Below are positions 42,821 through 52,264 of a stretch of 64,000 bases of DNA, in pieces. Source of the stretch: Bacteroidales bacterium (GTDB taxonomy: Bacteria; Bacteroidota; Bacteroidia; Bacteroidales; P3); assembly GCA_016283745.1 (NCBI GenBank), contig JAEENM010000147.1, positions 23,079 to 87,078 on the forward strand, in the 5' to 3' direction. A model generated the notes under the pieces. It was not told where the DNA came from. It worked only from the letters and a program-made list of their open reading frames with translations, and made no database searches. Both the position numbers and the translations under genes were made by a program. The stretch's first letter is position 1. Each line of letters opens with the position of its first letter.

Positions 42821-45385
42821 ATGGCTAAAAAGACCAAAATATCCCTTTCGCGCCTTGAGTCGTTTCTCAAGGCACAATGCGACCGTCTGCGTACCAGCAT
42901 GGATGCGGCGGAATACAAGAACTATATCATTGCGTTGCTTTTCCTGAAACGAATCAACGACCAGTTTGAAATTGACCGTATTGCGTTGAAAGATGAGCTG
43001 AAAAAGCAATATCCCAATGCCGCTGAAGCCGACATCGAAGCGGAATTGGACATTCCCGAAAAATATATCTGCTACGTGCCCGACAAGGCACGTTGGAAGT
43101 TCGTGCTCAACCTTGTGGATGACGAAGGTGAAAACATAAGTTACGCCGATGCCATTACCACGGCATTGGCCGAGGTGGAGAAATCCAACTCGGCACTGCT
43201 GTCGGGTGTGCTGAGCAAGACCAAGTTTAACGAACTGAACACCAAAGGTGAGCGTGTGCTGGACGAGGAGACGCTCAGCGCTTTGCTCAAGGATTTCAAC
43301 GACTTCCCGAAACTGCAGGACGAGAATTTTGAATTTCCCGACCTGCTTGGCGCGGCATACGAGTATCTGATAAAGTTCTTTGCTGAAAGCGCAGGTAAAA
43401 AGGCTGGCGAGTTCTATACGCCGTCCGAAGTAGTCTATCTGATGGGGCAGATTTTGCAACCAAAGGAGACCGACGAGATTTGTGACCCTACCGTGGGCTC
43501 GGGTGGTTTGCTGATTACGATGCATAACTACGTGGAAAACCGCTACGGAAGCGCCGAACGGCTTACCTTGCACGGACAGGAGAAGTTCGACAGTCCTTAT
43601 CAGATGTGCAAGATGAATATGATTTTCCACAATATACGTAATGCGCGCATCGAACAGGGTGACACGTTGCTGAATCCGAAACTGGTGACGGGCGGCACGC
43701 TCAACCAATACGACATTGTGGTGGCCAATCCGCCATTCTCGCAGAACTACACCACCGCCAATATGCAGTTCAAGGAGCGTTTCCAAAACTGGATGAGCAA
43801 GAAGAAACAAGCCGACTTTATGTTTGTGCAGCACATGATTTCTGTGCTGAAAAACAACGGTCGTATGGCTGTGGTGATGCCGCACGGCGTGCTTTTCCGT
43901 GGCGGCGAGGAGCAGAAAATGCGCCAACGCCTGATTACGGGCAGCGAAGGCCACCCATCTTGCATACTGGAATGTGTCATTGGGCTACCGCAAGGGCTGT
44001 TCTACGGAACGGGCATCCCGGCTTCGCTGCTGATTATCAACAAGGCAGGAGCCGCCGACCGACAAGGCGTCTTCTTCATCAATGCCGACCGAGAGTATAA
44101 GGAAGGCAAGAACCAGAACTCGCTGCGTCCCGAGGACATTGAGAAAATCAGCTACGTCTATCACAACAAGATTGAGATTGAAGGTTATAGCCGTATGGTG
44201 AGCCGCGAGATGCTGGAAGCCGAAGACTACAACTGCAATATCCGCCGCTATGTGGACAATTCGGAGCCGCCCACGCCGCAGGACGTAAAGGCGCACCTGC
44301 AAGGCGGAATTCCCGAAGCGGAAATATTGGCACTGAAAACAGAATTCGACTGCTATAAGGGTTTGCAGAACAAACTATTTACTGCGGCAACCGATGGTTA
44401 CGCCCATTTTGCGGATGCTGTAATGGAGAAAGCCGACATAAAAACCATTATCAGCGAAAGCAAAGGCAAACAGCAGGTTGCCGACGACTACCGCAAGGCG
44501 ATAGAAACCTTCTGGAAAGCCTCGGATGCCGATTTGAACAACCTGCACGGCGGCAGTCTGTTCGATTTCAACAAGAACCTCACCGACAGCTTTGTGTCGG
44601 CGTTGTCGAAATTGAAGGTCTTGGACCAGTATCAGGTGCGCGGCTCGTTCGCCCATTTCTCGGATATGCTGAAAAGCGACTTCCGCAGCGTGCAGTCGAG
44701 CGGATGGACGGCGGAGCTGATTCCCGATGATGAGCTCATTGCCAACGAGTTCCCCGAAGTTTTGGCCGACCTGAAACGGCTCGAAAACCGCCGCGACGAA
44801 CTCGATGCCAAGTTTGCCGAGATTGCCGAAATAGACCCTGAAGAGTGGGACGCTGAGCAATATGAAGTGATGCCCAAAAGTGTGATTTCGGACATTAAAG
44901 CAGAAATCAAAGAGTTGAAAGCCCAGAAACGAGAGTTGGCCAAACAGCAGAAAGCTTTGGAGAAACGTCGCAAGGCAGGTGCGGATGTGGCTAAAGAAAT
45001 GGCACAATGCACTGCCGACATTGCCGGACTCGACAGCCAGATTGCCGAAAAGGAAAACGGCATCGCCCACCATGTGGAACTCGAAAACGAGCTGAAGGAG
45101 AGCCGCCGACAGATACGCGAGATAGAGCGTAGCAAAGAGGCACTGGCCGACAAAGCCCGCGAGCAGATTTCGGACGACGATGCCCGCCGACTGATTACGC
45201 AGCGCTGGCTCGCCACCCTGCACGACAACATTGCCGTCTATCTCGAAGCTCACGCCCGACACTTGCAGCAAAACGTTGAACTGCTTCACGATAAGTATTC
45301 CGTGACGCTACGGAATCTGATTGAGGAGCGTGACGAGGCTACGAAAGAGTTAGACGGGTATTTGAAAGAATTGGGGTATATTTAA
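42821..45385 (+). CDS. hsdM: Type I R-M methyltransferase subunit HsdM with a long C-terminal coiled-coil extension (854 aa)
   Basis: Motif I ICDPTVGSGGLL, motif IV IVVANPPFSQNY, N-terminal HsdM-N-type helix bundle. The last ~350 aa are K/E/A/L-rich. Confidence 0.92.
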   Translation: MAKKTKISLSRLESFLKAQCDRLRTSMDAAEYKNYIIALLFLKRINDQFEIDRIALKDELKKQYPNAAEADIEAELDIPEKYICYVPDKARWKFVLNLVDDEGENISYADAITTALAEVEKSNSALLSGVLSKTKFNELNTKGERVLDEETLSALLKDFNDFPKLQDENFEFPDLLGAAYEYLIKFFAESAGKKAGEFYTPSEVVYLMGQILQPKETDEICDPTVGSGGLLITMHNYVENRYGSAERLTLHGQEKFDSPYQMCKMNMIFHNIRNARIEQGDTLLNPKLVTGGTLNQYDIVVANPPFSQNYTTANMQFKERFQNWMSKKKQADFMFVQHMISVLKNNGRMAVVMPHGVLFRGGEEQKMRQRLITGSEGHPSCILECVIGLPQGLFYGTGIPASLLIINKAGAADRQGVFFINADREYKEGKNQNSLRPEDIEKISYVYHNKIEIEGYSRMVSREMLEAEDYNCNIRRYVDNSEPPTPQDVKAHLQGGIPEAEILALKTEFDCYKGLQNKLFTAATDGYAHFADAVMEKADIKTIISESKGKQQVADDYRKAIETFWKASDADLNNLHGGSLFDFNKNLTDSFVSALSKLKVLDQYQVRGSFAHFSDMLKSDFRSVQSSGWTAELIPDDELIANEFPEVLADLKRLENRRDELDAKFAEIAEIDPEEWDAEQYEVMPKSVISDIKAEIKELKAQKRELAKQQKALEKRRKAGADVAKEMAQCTADIAGLDSQIAEKENGIAHHVELENELKESRRQIREIERSKEALADKAREQISDDDARRLITQRWLATLHDNIAVYLEAHARHLQQNVELLHDKYSVTLRNLIEERDEATKELDGYLKELGYI

Positions 45386-45400
45386 TGGACAATTGCAGTT

Positions 45401-46486
45401 ATGGATATAAACTATAAAAATTGGATAACAAGCATTGCCGCCAGATTCAAACAAGCGCAGATTAAGGCTGCTACGCAGGTGAATGCCGAAATGCTTCGGT
45501 TTTATTGGGAACTGGGGAAGGATGTTCTGCAGCTGTCGGAGACTTCGGCCTATGGTGACAAGGTTTTGCAGAAAATCAGCAAGGATTTGCAGTCTGAACT
45601 GCCAGATGTAAAATCTTTTTCACCGACCAATCTGCTCTATATGAAGAATTTTTATGCTCTTTATTATCAATACATTACAAACGCTCCACAACTTGTGGAG
45701 CAATCAGAAAACGAGTCGGCGCAAATCACTCCACAAGTTGTGGAGCAATCTCAAAAAATACAACTTGAAAAATTATTCAGAATACCGTGGGGACATCAAC
45801 GATATATAATCGACAAGTGCAAAGGTAACCCACGGAAAGCGATTTTCTATGCAAGCAAGACATTGGAAAACAACTGGTCGAGAGCTGTTTTGCTCAATTT
45901 TATGGATACCGACTTGTTTGAACGGCAAGGGAGGGCTATATCGAACTTTAAGAATCAGTTGCCCGCGCCTGACAGCGACTTGGCTCAAGAGATAACCAAA
46001 GACCCGTATAATTTTGATTTTCTTACCATACACGAGCGTTACAACGAAAAAGAACTAAAGGACGCGCTTATGGACAACATCACAAAATTTCTGCTCGAAC
46101 TGGGCAACGGCTTTGCCTTTGTGGGGCGTGAAGTGCGGATTATGGTCGGCAACAAGGAGAAGTTTATTGATATGCTCTTTTATAACATCAAGCTGCATTG
46201 CTATGTGGTGCTCGAAGTTAAGGTGACACCGTTTGAATCGGAGTATGCGGGACAGCTCGGCACCTATGTGGTGGCGGTGAATCATCAGCTCAAAGGCGAA
46301 AAAGATGCCGCCACCATTGGCATTTTGGTGTGCAAAGGCTTGGACAAGGTTGAAGCACAATATGCGTTGGAGTCGTCGAGCCAGCCCATAGGCATATCCG
46401 GCTATACGCTGTCGAAACTCATCCCCGAAAAATTCAAATCTTCGCTGCCAAGTATTGAGGAAATCGAAGATTCAATAAACAATTGA
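45401..46486 (+). CDS. YhcG/DUF1016-family PD-(D/E)xK nuclease-like protein (361 aa)
   Basis: N-terminal WELGKDV...YGDKVLQKISKDL and C-terminal FIDMLFYNIKLHCYVVLEVKVTPF...GQLGTYV are characteristic of DUF1016. Nested between hsdM and hsdS. Confidence 0.75.
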   Translation: MDINYKNWITSIAARFKQAQIKAATQVNAEMLRFYWELGKDVLQLSETSAYGDKVLQKISKDLQSELPDVKSFSPTNLLYMKNFYALYYQYITNAPQLVEQSENESAQITPQVVEQSQKIQLEKLFRIPWGHQRYIIDKCKGNPRKAIFYASKTLENNWSRAVLLNFMDTDLFERQGRAISNFKNQLPAPDSDLAQEITKDPYNFDFLTIHERYNEKELKDALMDNITKFLLELGNGFAFVGREVRIMVGNKEKFIDMLFYNIKLHCYVVLEVKVTPFESEYAGQLGTYVVAVNHQLKGEKDAATIGILVCKGLDKVEAQYALESSSQPIGISGYTLSKLIPEKFKSSLPSIEEIEDSINN

Positions 46487-46488
46487 CA

Positions 46489-47742
46489 ATGATGACCGAG
46501 CAAGAACATAATAATGTACAATGGAAGAAGGTTCGTTTTGGCGAGTTCTTTGATATGCTGCCGACAAACACATTGTCAAGGGATAAATTAAACAACCAAC
46601 AAGGTGAATATCAGAATGTTCATTACGGCGATGTTTTGATAAAGTACCCATTTTGTCTTGACTGTAACAACGCTGAAATCCCTTACATAAACGACGGTGT
46701 TAAGTTTAATATGGCAGAAGTTCGTGATGGTGATGTGATTTTTGCTGATACGGCGGAAGATGATACTGTTGGAAAGTGTGTTGAAGTGTTGAATGTAGGT
46801 GACAGAAAAATTGTCTCAGGTTTACACACATATTTTTGCAGACCAAGACATAAAATGGCATTGGGTTATTTGGGCTATTATTTGAATAGCAATCATTTCC
46901 ACAACCAATTGTTGCCTTATATAGCAGGTTCCAAGGTTTCGTCTGTAAACAGGACTTCCATTGCTCGCACTTTTATTTCCTATCCCGCCGACCTTTCCGC
47001 CCAGCGCCGCATAGCCGCCATACTCACTTCTGCCGACAAGGTGATAGCCGCCACGCAGAAAACCATAGCCAAATACAAGCAGATGAAGCAGGGAATGATG
47101 GAAGACCTTTTCAATGAACAATGTATAATGAACAATGTACAATGGAAGAAGGTGAGGTTGGGGGAATACATTGAATTGCAAGGAGGTTTTGCGTTTCAAA
47201 GTCGTGATTTTTCAGATTCAGGAGTTCCTTTAATACGAATAGGGGATATAACACCTAACGGACTAAATATTAGTAATTCTGCAAAACTGCCAATTGATTA
47301 TTTGACTGAATATGAAAATTTTGTATTGAATATTAATGATACTGTTATTGCAATGTCAGGCGCAACGACGGGAAAATGCACATTAGTTACTCAAAAAGAC
47401 ATACCTGCATTATTAAATCAACGGGTTGGACGGTTTAGGATTAAAAACAACAGTATTGATAAATTGTTCTTATACTATATTGTAAGTAATAACGTGTATC
47501 AGCAGAAATTACTATTAGATGCCGTTGGTGGAGCACAACCTAATGTAAGTCCAAAACAAATAGAATCGGTGTTTTGCAATGTTCCAATTCTATCGGACGG
47601 AAGACCAAATCTTACCGAGCAGCGCCGCATCGCCGCCATACTTTCGGACATAGATGCAAAAATAGCGGCGGAGGAAAAGGTGCTGGAGAAATATGAGAAG
47701 GCGAAGAAGGGGTTGATGGAGAGATTGTTGAACGAGAAATGA
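46489..47742 (+). CDS. hsdS: Type I R-M specificity subunit HsdS (two TRDs)
   Basis: Duplicated NNVQWKKVR(F/L)GE TRD starts and duplicated conserved helices (A/E)QRRIAAIL...KY(K/E)..K.G(M/L)ME.L(F/L). The ATG at 46489 is preferred over the TTG at 46483. Confidence 0.9.
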   Translation: MMTEQEHNNVQWKKVRFGEFFDMLPTNTLSRDKLNNQQGEYQNVHYGDVLIKYPFCLDCNNAEIPYINDGVKFNMAEVRDGDVIFADTAEDDTVGKCVEVLNVGDRKIVSGLHTYFCRPRHKMALGYLGYYLNSNHFHNQLLPYIAGSKVSSVNRTSIARTFISYPADLSAQRRIAAILTSADKVIAATQKTIAKYKQMKQGMMEDLFNEQCIMNNVQWKKVRLGEYIELQGGFAFQSRDFSDSGVPLIRIGDITPNGLNISNSAKLPIDYLTEYENFVLNINDTVIAMSGATTGKCTLVTQKDIPALLNQRVGRFRIKNNSIDKLFLYYIVSNNVYQQKLLLDAVGGAQPNVSPKQIESVFCNVPILSDGRPNLTEQRRIAAILSDIDAKIAAEEKVLEKYEKAKKGLMERLLNEK

Positions 47743-47776
47743 TAATTTATAATAAAACATAAAATAATTATTATAT

Positions 47777-50719
47777 ATGAATAAGAAGAAATTAGAAACG
47801 ACAGAGAGCAAAAGAATAGATAAGATAGAGGGCTTAACTATAGACAAATTAAATAAAACAATAGTTCAGCTTTTAAAGATTACAAATTTTGAAAATATAG
47901 TTGAGAACGAAAACTATATTATAGCAACAGAGAAATCATATTTTTCGGAAATAAAGCACGTGTTTGTTATTCCAACAATAAGGATGAGTGGGAGTATTGA
48001 TATCGATAGTGTAGTAAAATTAATTGAATCCATTCAGTCAAATGAATTGGCAAATGTCGTAACATTAGTATCGCAATTCCACATATCAAAGGGCTTTCGT
48101 GCGGCTTTTGAAGCGAAGTTGAACAATATTAAGTTTGATTATCTTGATAGAGATGTTTTGATTCAATATATCAATAAATATAATGATTCTTTTTGGAGAC
48201 ATGAAGATGTAGAGTTGCTTTCTTACGAAAAGTACTTCAAGGAACAATTAAATAACGAAAATCAACTTAAAAAGCTTCATCTGTCCAATGATAAATATCA
48301 AAAAATAATCAACTTATATATACAACCGACACTCTCAACAAATGAAGAAGAAGCCAAGACGCACACATACCATAGAAAAAGAGTTGATGTCGAAGGCGTG
48401 TTGAATGAGCCATCGTGCGTATTTCTAAGTGGAATTTCTGGCTCAGGGAAAACAACATTGTTAAAGAGGATTGGAGTAAAACTATTAGAGAATAATGATA
48501 CTAAAGACGGTAAGTTGAATCTACCCATCTTTATCACATCTTCTGATTTACTAGAACACAATCGTAATATCAATGATGTAATTCTGTCAAAAACAAAAAA
48601 CCATCTCCCCTATGATAAATTGCATGAATTATCAGATAAATACGATGTTAGTGTTCTTGTTGACAGTATAGACGAGTTTGAAGAAAAAGACAGAATGGAA
48701 ATATTGCGCGTTCTATTAAACAACTATACTAATAAAGGTATGAAGTTTTACATCGGTTCTCGTGGGACATCTATTGAAGATGAAAGATTACCAATAAAAG
48801 GGAAAATTAGAGAATATTACATCAATAGCTTCAATCAAGAACAGATTAAAAGATATGTGCAAGCACTTTTGCCTAATGAAGATAAGGCCAACTCGTTAAT
48901 GGATTCTTTACGAGAAAATAAAATTCTTGAGAAATTGCCAATTACACCTTTGACGCTTTCTCTCATAACTATTATATACGATGAGCAAGATTATGAAATC
49001 CCTGCAACTGTTACTGATATATACAAACAATTTAACAATATTATAAACGGTAGGAATATTGTTTCAACAAAATTTGAATTTGTTGATATTAGTTTTAGGG
49101 AAAGGGTTTTGTCAATCTACGGGTTATATCTTCTTGAACAACCAAATCATGAGCCCATGAAACGAAAAGAGTTTGTCTCGTTTTACAAAGAGTTCTTCAA
49201 AGGAAAATCTTTAACATTCGAATACGAACAAATTGACGATGTGTTGGAGTATATCCTTAATAACACTGGAATACTATACCTTAAAGAGGATAATACTGTG
49301 CGTTTTGCTCATGATTCATATATGGAGTTCTATGCAGCAGTTGAAATTTTTAATTATCATAGAGAGAAAGAAGATGATATTGTTTCAAACTTCTTTGATT
49401 TAATGTGGCAGAATGTTGCCATATTCTATGGTGGAATGACAAAAGATATGTGCCTTTTTGCAGAGAAGATAAACAATAAATTAAAAAGTGCCGCTAAATT
49501 TATTGAATACATATCTGGCATACAAGGTGCGGGTTATTTATTACAAGCACTTTATATGACTGACAATGAAAAAAGAAAGGATGTTATTCTAACTGCTCTT
49601 GATTTGGTTTTGGAAACAAATGAGTTTTTTAAAAAAATGACCACAATCAATGAGACAATGTTCCAAAACTACAGATTACCAATTGTCCAACTGCTAAATT
49701 TTCTCCATTTCTACGAGATGTTTAATTCATTAACTCTACGAGAACCGTTGACAATGACTTTTGAGCAATTGCGAACAGAATACGAATTTATGTTGGAGGA
49801 TAAAAACAGTATTGACACAACCAAGCTTCCTGCTTTAGGATATAAACTTATAGAATTAGCATTTACTTTGGATTCCAAGCGATTAAATGATCAAAGAGCT
49901 TTAAATTATGTTGTTGAACAAAATGAGTTAATGCGAGATAGTAATCTATATTCATTGATGAATCTATGCCTAGATTTTTTAAATAAAACAAATTATAAAG
50001 AATTAAGGCAAAGTGTATCAAAGAGTGCTTCAAAAATACAACCTCTACTCAATGTGCTTTCCGATGATCCTACCGGAAAAATACGTTTCTCTCCAATGGA
50101 TAGTGTTCATCCGAATCGTAAAGTAAAATTATTTGTTGAAGGGAAATCAGATGCCATAATACTCGAACATGCTTATATGACTCTTACAGGAGGGCAATCC
50201 CCATATTGGAACATAGCTATGGCTACAAGTAACGGAGAAACCGGTTCGTCTATAGAGGTTACTAAAGCCATTGAAACAGCTCTAAATTATAAAAACGAGT
50301 ATGATTTCATTATTGGCTTATTCGATCATGATGCTGCTGGTTTGAAAGAGTTCTGTAGATTAAACAGTGATTCTTATGAACAGATAGAAAAACGGTGTAT
50401 AAAACGAAGAAAAAATAGTAATATATTTGTAATGTGTCTGCCGATTCCAGCAGAAATGATTCAATATGAGCAAGAAAGACAGGAGTTCAATTTCTTTGAA
50501 ATAGAGCATTACTTTGGGCATGATTATCTGAAACGAAACAATATGATAAAAGAGAAACAAACTTTAGATAATGTATATGAAATTAAAGATAAAAATAAAA
50601 TACCATTTGCATATGATATTTGCAAGGAGGTGACCCCAGAAATATTTAAATTTTTTGTGGATTTATTTAAAAAAATAGATGAAATAACAGGAAGACAGAT
50701 TGATTATTTGATTAATTAA
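47777..50719 (+). CDS. STAND/NACHT NTPase with a C-terminal TOPRIM-like domain and an N-terminal Mrr-like region (980 aa)
   Basis: Walker A FLSGISGSGKTTLLKRIG, Walker B VSVLVDSIDEFEE, NACHT-type LPITPLTLSLI and FAHDSYMEFYAA. C-terminal KLFVEGKSDAIILEHAY + GLFDHDAAG gives the TOPRIM Glu and DxD motifs. Visibly AT-rich compared with the hsd genes. Confidence 0.8.
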   Translation: MNKKKLETTESKRIDKIEGLTIDKLNKTIVQLLKITNFENIVENENYIIATEKSYFSEIKHVFVIPTIRMSGSIDIDSVVKLIESIQSNELANVVTLVSQFHISKGFRAAFEAKLNNIKFDYLDRDVLIQYINKYNDSFWRHEDVELLSYEKYFKEQLNNENQLKKLHLSNDKYQKIINLYIQPTLSTNEEEAKTHTYHRKRVDVEGVLNEPSCVFLSGISGSGKTTLLKRIGVKLLENNDTKDGKLNLPIFITSSDLLEHNRNINDVILSKTKNHLPYDKLHELSDKYDVSVLVDSIDEFEEKDRMEILRVLLNNYTNKGMKFYIGSRGTSIEDERLPIKGKIREYYINSFNQEQIKRYVQALLPNEDKANSLMDSLRENKILEKLPITPLTLSLITIIYDEQDYEIPATVTDIYKQFNNIINGRNIVSTKFEFVDISFRERVLSIYGLYLLEQPNHEPMKRKEFVSFYKEFFKGKSLTFEYEQIDDVLEYILNNTGILYLKEDNTVRFAHDSYMEFYAAVEIFNYHREKEDDIVSNFFDLMWQNVAIFYGGMTKDMCLFAEKINNKLKSAAKFIEYISGIQGAGYLLQALYMTDNEKRKDVILTALDLVLETNEFFKKMTTINETMFQNYRLPIVQLLNFLHFYEMFNSLTLREPLTMTFEQLRTEYEFMLEDKNSIDTTKLPALGYKLIELAFTLDSKRLNDQRALNYVVEQNELMRDSNLYSLMNLCLDFLNKTNYKELRQSVSKSASKIQPLLNVLSDDPTGKIRFSPMDSVHPNRKVKLFVEGKSDAIILEHAYMTLTGGQSPYWNIAMATSNGETGSSIEVTKAIETALNYKNEYDFIIGLFDHDAAGLKEFCRLNSDSYEQIEKRCIKRRKNSNIFVMCLPIPAEMIQYEQERQEFNFFEIEHYFGHDYLKRNNMIKEKQTLDNVYEIKDKNKIPFAYDICKEVTPEIFKFFVDLFKKIDEITGRQIDYLIN

Positions 50720-50734
50720 TAAATAGTATCTTAG

Positions 50735-50881
50735 CACAAACAACCCGCCAAGAAATTAATTGTAAATTGTTCATTGTAAATTGTTAATTGATTATGAGTG
50801 AATATACCAACGTTGAGCATCCTTTTCTCGAAAAGCTGCGCGAGATAGGCTGGCAAGTGATAGACAAAGGCAGCGGCGGCG
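50735..50881 (+). repeat. Copy A of the hsdR upstream region + first 29 codons
   Basis: Manual alignment to 52805-52944. From the ATG, 4 mismatches over 87 nt. The upstream part differs by about one heptamer indel plus a few substitutions. Confidence 0.9.
50756..50790 (+). repeat. Heptamer-phased tract (TWMATTG x5) immediately upstream of the hsdR-remnant ATG
   Basis: ttaattg|taaattg|ttcattg|taaattg|ttaattg. Confidence 0.8.
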
Positions 50882-50892
50882 GATATTTTTGA
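50794..50892 (+). pseudogene. Truncated hsdR 5' remnant (MSEYTNVEHPFLEKLREIGWQVIDKGSGGGYF*)
   Basis: Identical over the first 15 aa and near-identical afterwards to the true HsdR N-terminus at 52858. Diverges after GSGG and stops. Confidence 0.85.
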
Positions 50893-50975
50893 AACATTCA
50901 GTTGCAAGTTCTTCTGAAAAATCGTATTTTTGCATAATCGTAAAATAGAATTGAAATAAATAAAATATATTGATA

Positions 50976-52262
50976 ATGAGCAGAATAAAGGTTAGGAACT
51001 TCGGGCCCATCCGCGAAGGGTTCATCGATAACGACGGATGGTTAGACATTGGAAAAGTCACCGTTTTCATCGGAGACCAAGCCTCCGGCAAAAGCACCGT
51101 GGAGAAATTGGTTTCGTTGTTCACATGGATAGAAAAAAGTATAGTTCGTAATTTGATTTCACCGGATCAATTAAATGTCGATATTTTTAAGAATTTATGT
51201 GCTCAGCAGGATATTATCGAATATTTTGCCAAAAACACATTTTTGTCCTTTAAGGGAGAGGCATACGACTTTGAATACGATGAGGTAAAAAAATCTTTTA
51301 AATCTAGAATCAACAATACGGGATACAAGAGCTATGTTTTGCCCAAAATTCAATATGTATCAGCGGCAAGGAATCTGCTTACAATTTTGTATAACATTTC
51401 ATTACAGAATATTGTTGACAAAAATGGCAATGTTATAGATTTGTCTTCAAATATCCCGTTTATGGTCAGGGTTTTGAATATTGAATACTTGAAAGCGTTG
51501 GAAGAATATGCGAAAAATGGATTTGCTTTGCCAATAAACGACACAAGTGTGTACTATCAGAATCATAACACATATATTATGGCAAAAGGCAATCGGGTAT
51601 CAATGGCAGCGGCTTCAAGTGGCATACAGTCTATAACGCCATTGCTGCTTGTCAGTCATTCTTTGTCGAATGAAGTAAGGAGAGACATATATGAGAAAGT
51701 ACAAACGATAGATAATAATCTTAAAAACAGAATAGAGGCTGATTTTGCAAAAGAAAAATCGAGTTTGTACGATAAATTCAAACAGATTAGTTCTTTTGGA
51801 AGGGGAATTTTGACAGACAAAGAAGACGAAAAATTGTTGGATACGAAATTGAAAAAATACATTCCTTCATCTTTTATCAACATTGTTGAAGAACCAGAGC
51901 AGAACTTGTTTCCCAACTCTCAGCAAAAGGTAATAAATAGATTATTGGAGTACAACAATGCCGTAAAAGAAAATAAACTTATACTTTCCACTCATTCGCC
52001 CTATACTTTGACGGCACTTAACAATTCTATTTTAGCAGAAGAAGTGTTTGAAAAAACAGGAAAGTCAATTGATGCTTACAGCCCGGAAAAGATGGTCTCT
52101 TTTGCTGATGTTGCCGCCTACCAATTAGAGGATGGCAAAATAATCAGCATAAAAGATGAAGAAACCAGACTGATAAATGCAGATGCCATTGATGGTTGCT
52201 CTGCAAAAATAAATTCCGATTTTGATGACTTGTTAGATTTGTTGCCCGAAAACGATGAATAG
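50976..52262 (+). CDS. ABC/SMC-type (AAA_15/21-like) ATPase, candidate defence ATPase (428 aa from ATG)
   Basis: IKVRNFGPI lead-in, Walker A FIGDQASGKST, signature-like AASSGIQS, Walker B FINIVEEPEQNLFP, H-loop LILSTHSP. AT-rich. Confidence 0.8.
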   Translation: MSRIKVRNFGPIREGFIDNDGWLDIGKVTVFIGDQASGKSTVEKLVSLFTWIEKSIVRNLISPDQLNVDIFKNLCAQQDIIEYFAKNTFLSFKGEAYDFEYDEVKKSFKSRINNTGYKSYVLPKIQYVSAARNLLTILYNISLQNIVDKNGNVIDLSSNIPFMVRVLNIEYLKALEEYAKNGFALPINDTSVYYQNHNTYIMAKGNRVSMAAASSGIQSITPLLLVSHSLSNEVRRDIYEKVQTIDNNLKNRIEADFAKEKSSLYDKFKQISSFGRGILTDKEDEKLLDTKLKKYIPSSFINIVEEPEQNLFPNSQQKVINRLLEYNNAVKENKLILSTHSPYTLTALNNSILAEEVFEKTGKSIDAYSPEKMVSFADVAAYQLEDGKIISIKDEETRLINADAIDGCSAKINSDFDDLLDLLPENDE

Positions 52263-52264
52263 CG

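Noticed and set aside
42812-45289. Minus-strand ORFs 42812..43954, 43985..44302 and 44375..45289 inside hsdM
   Set aside because: They are antisense shadows of a gene with clear HsdM motifs.
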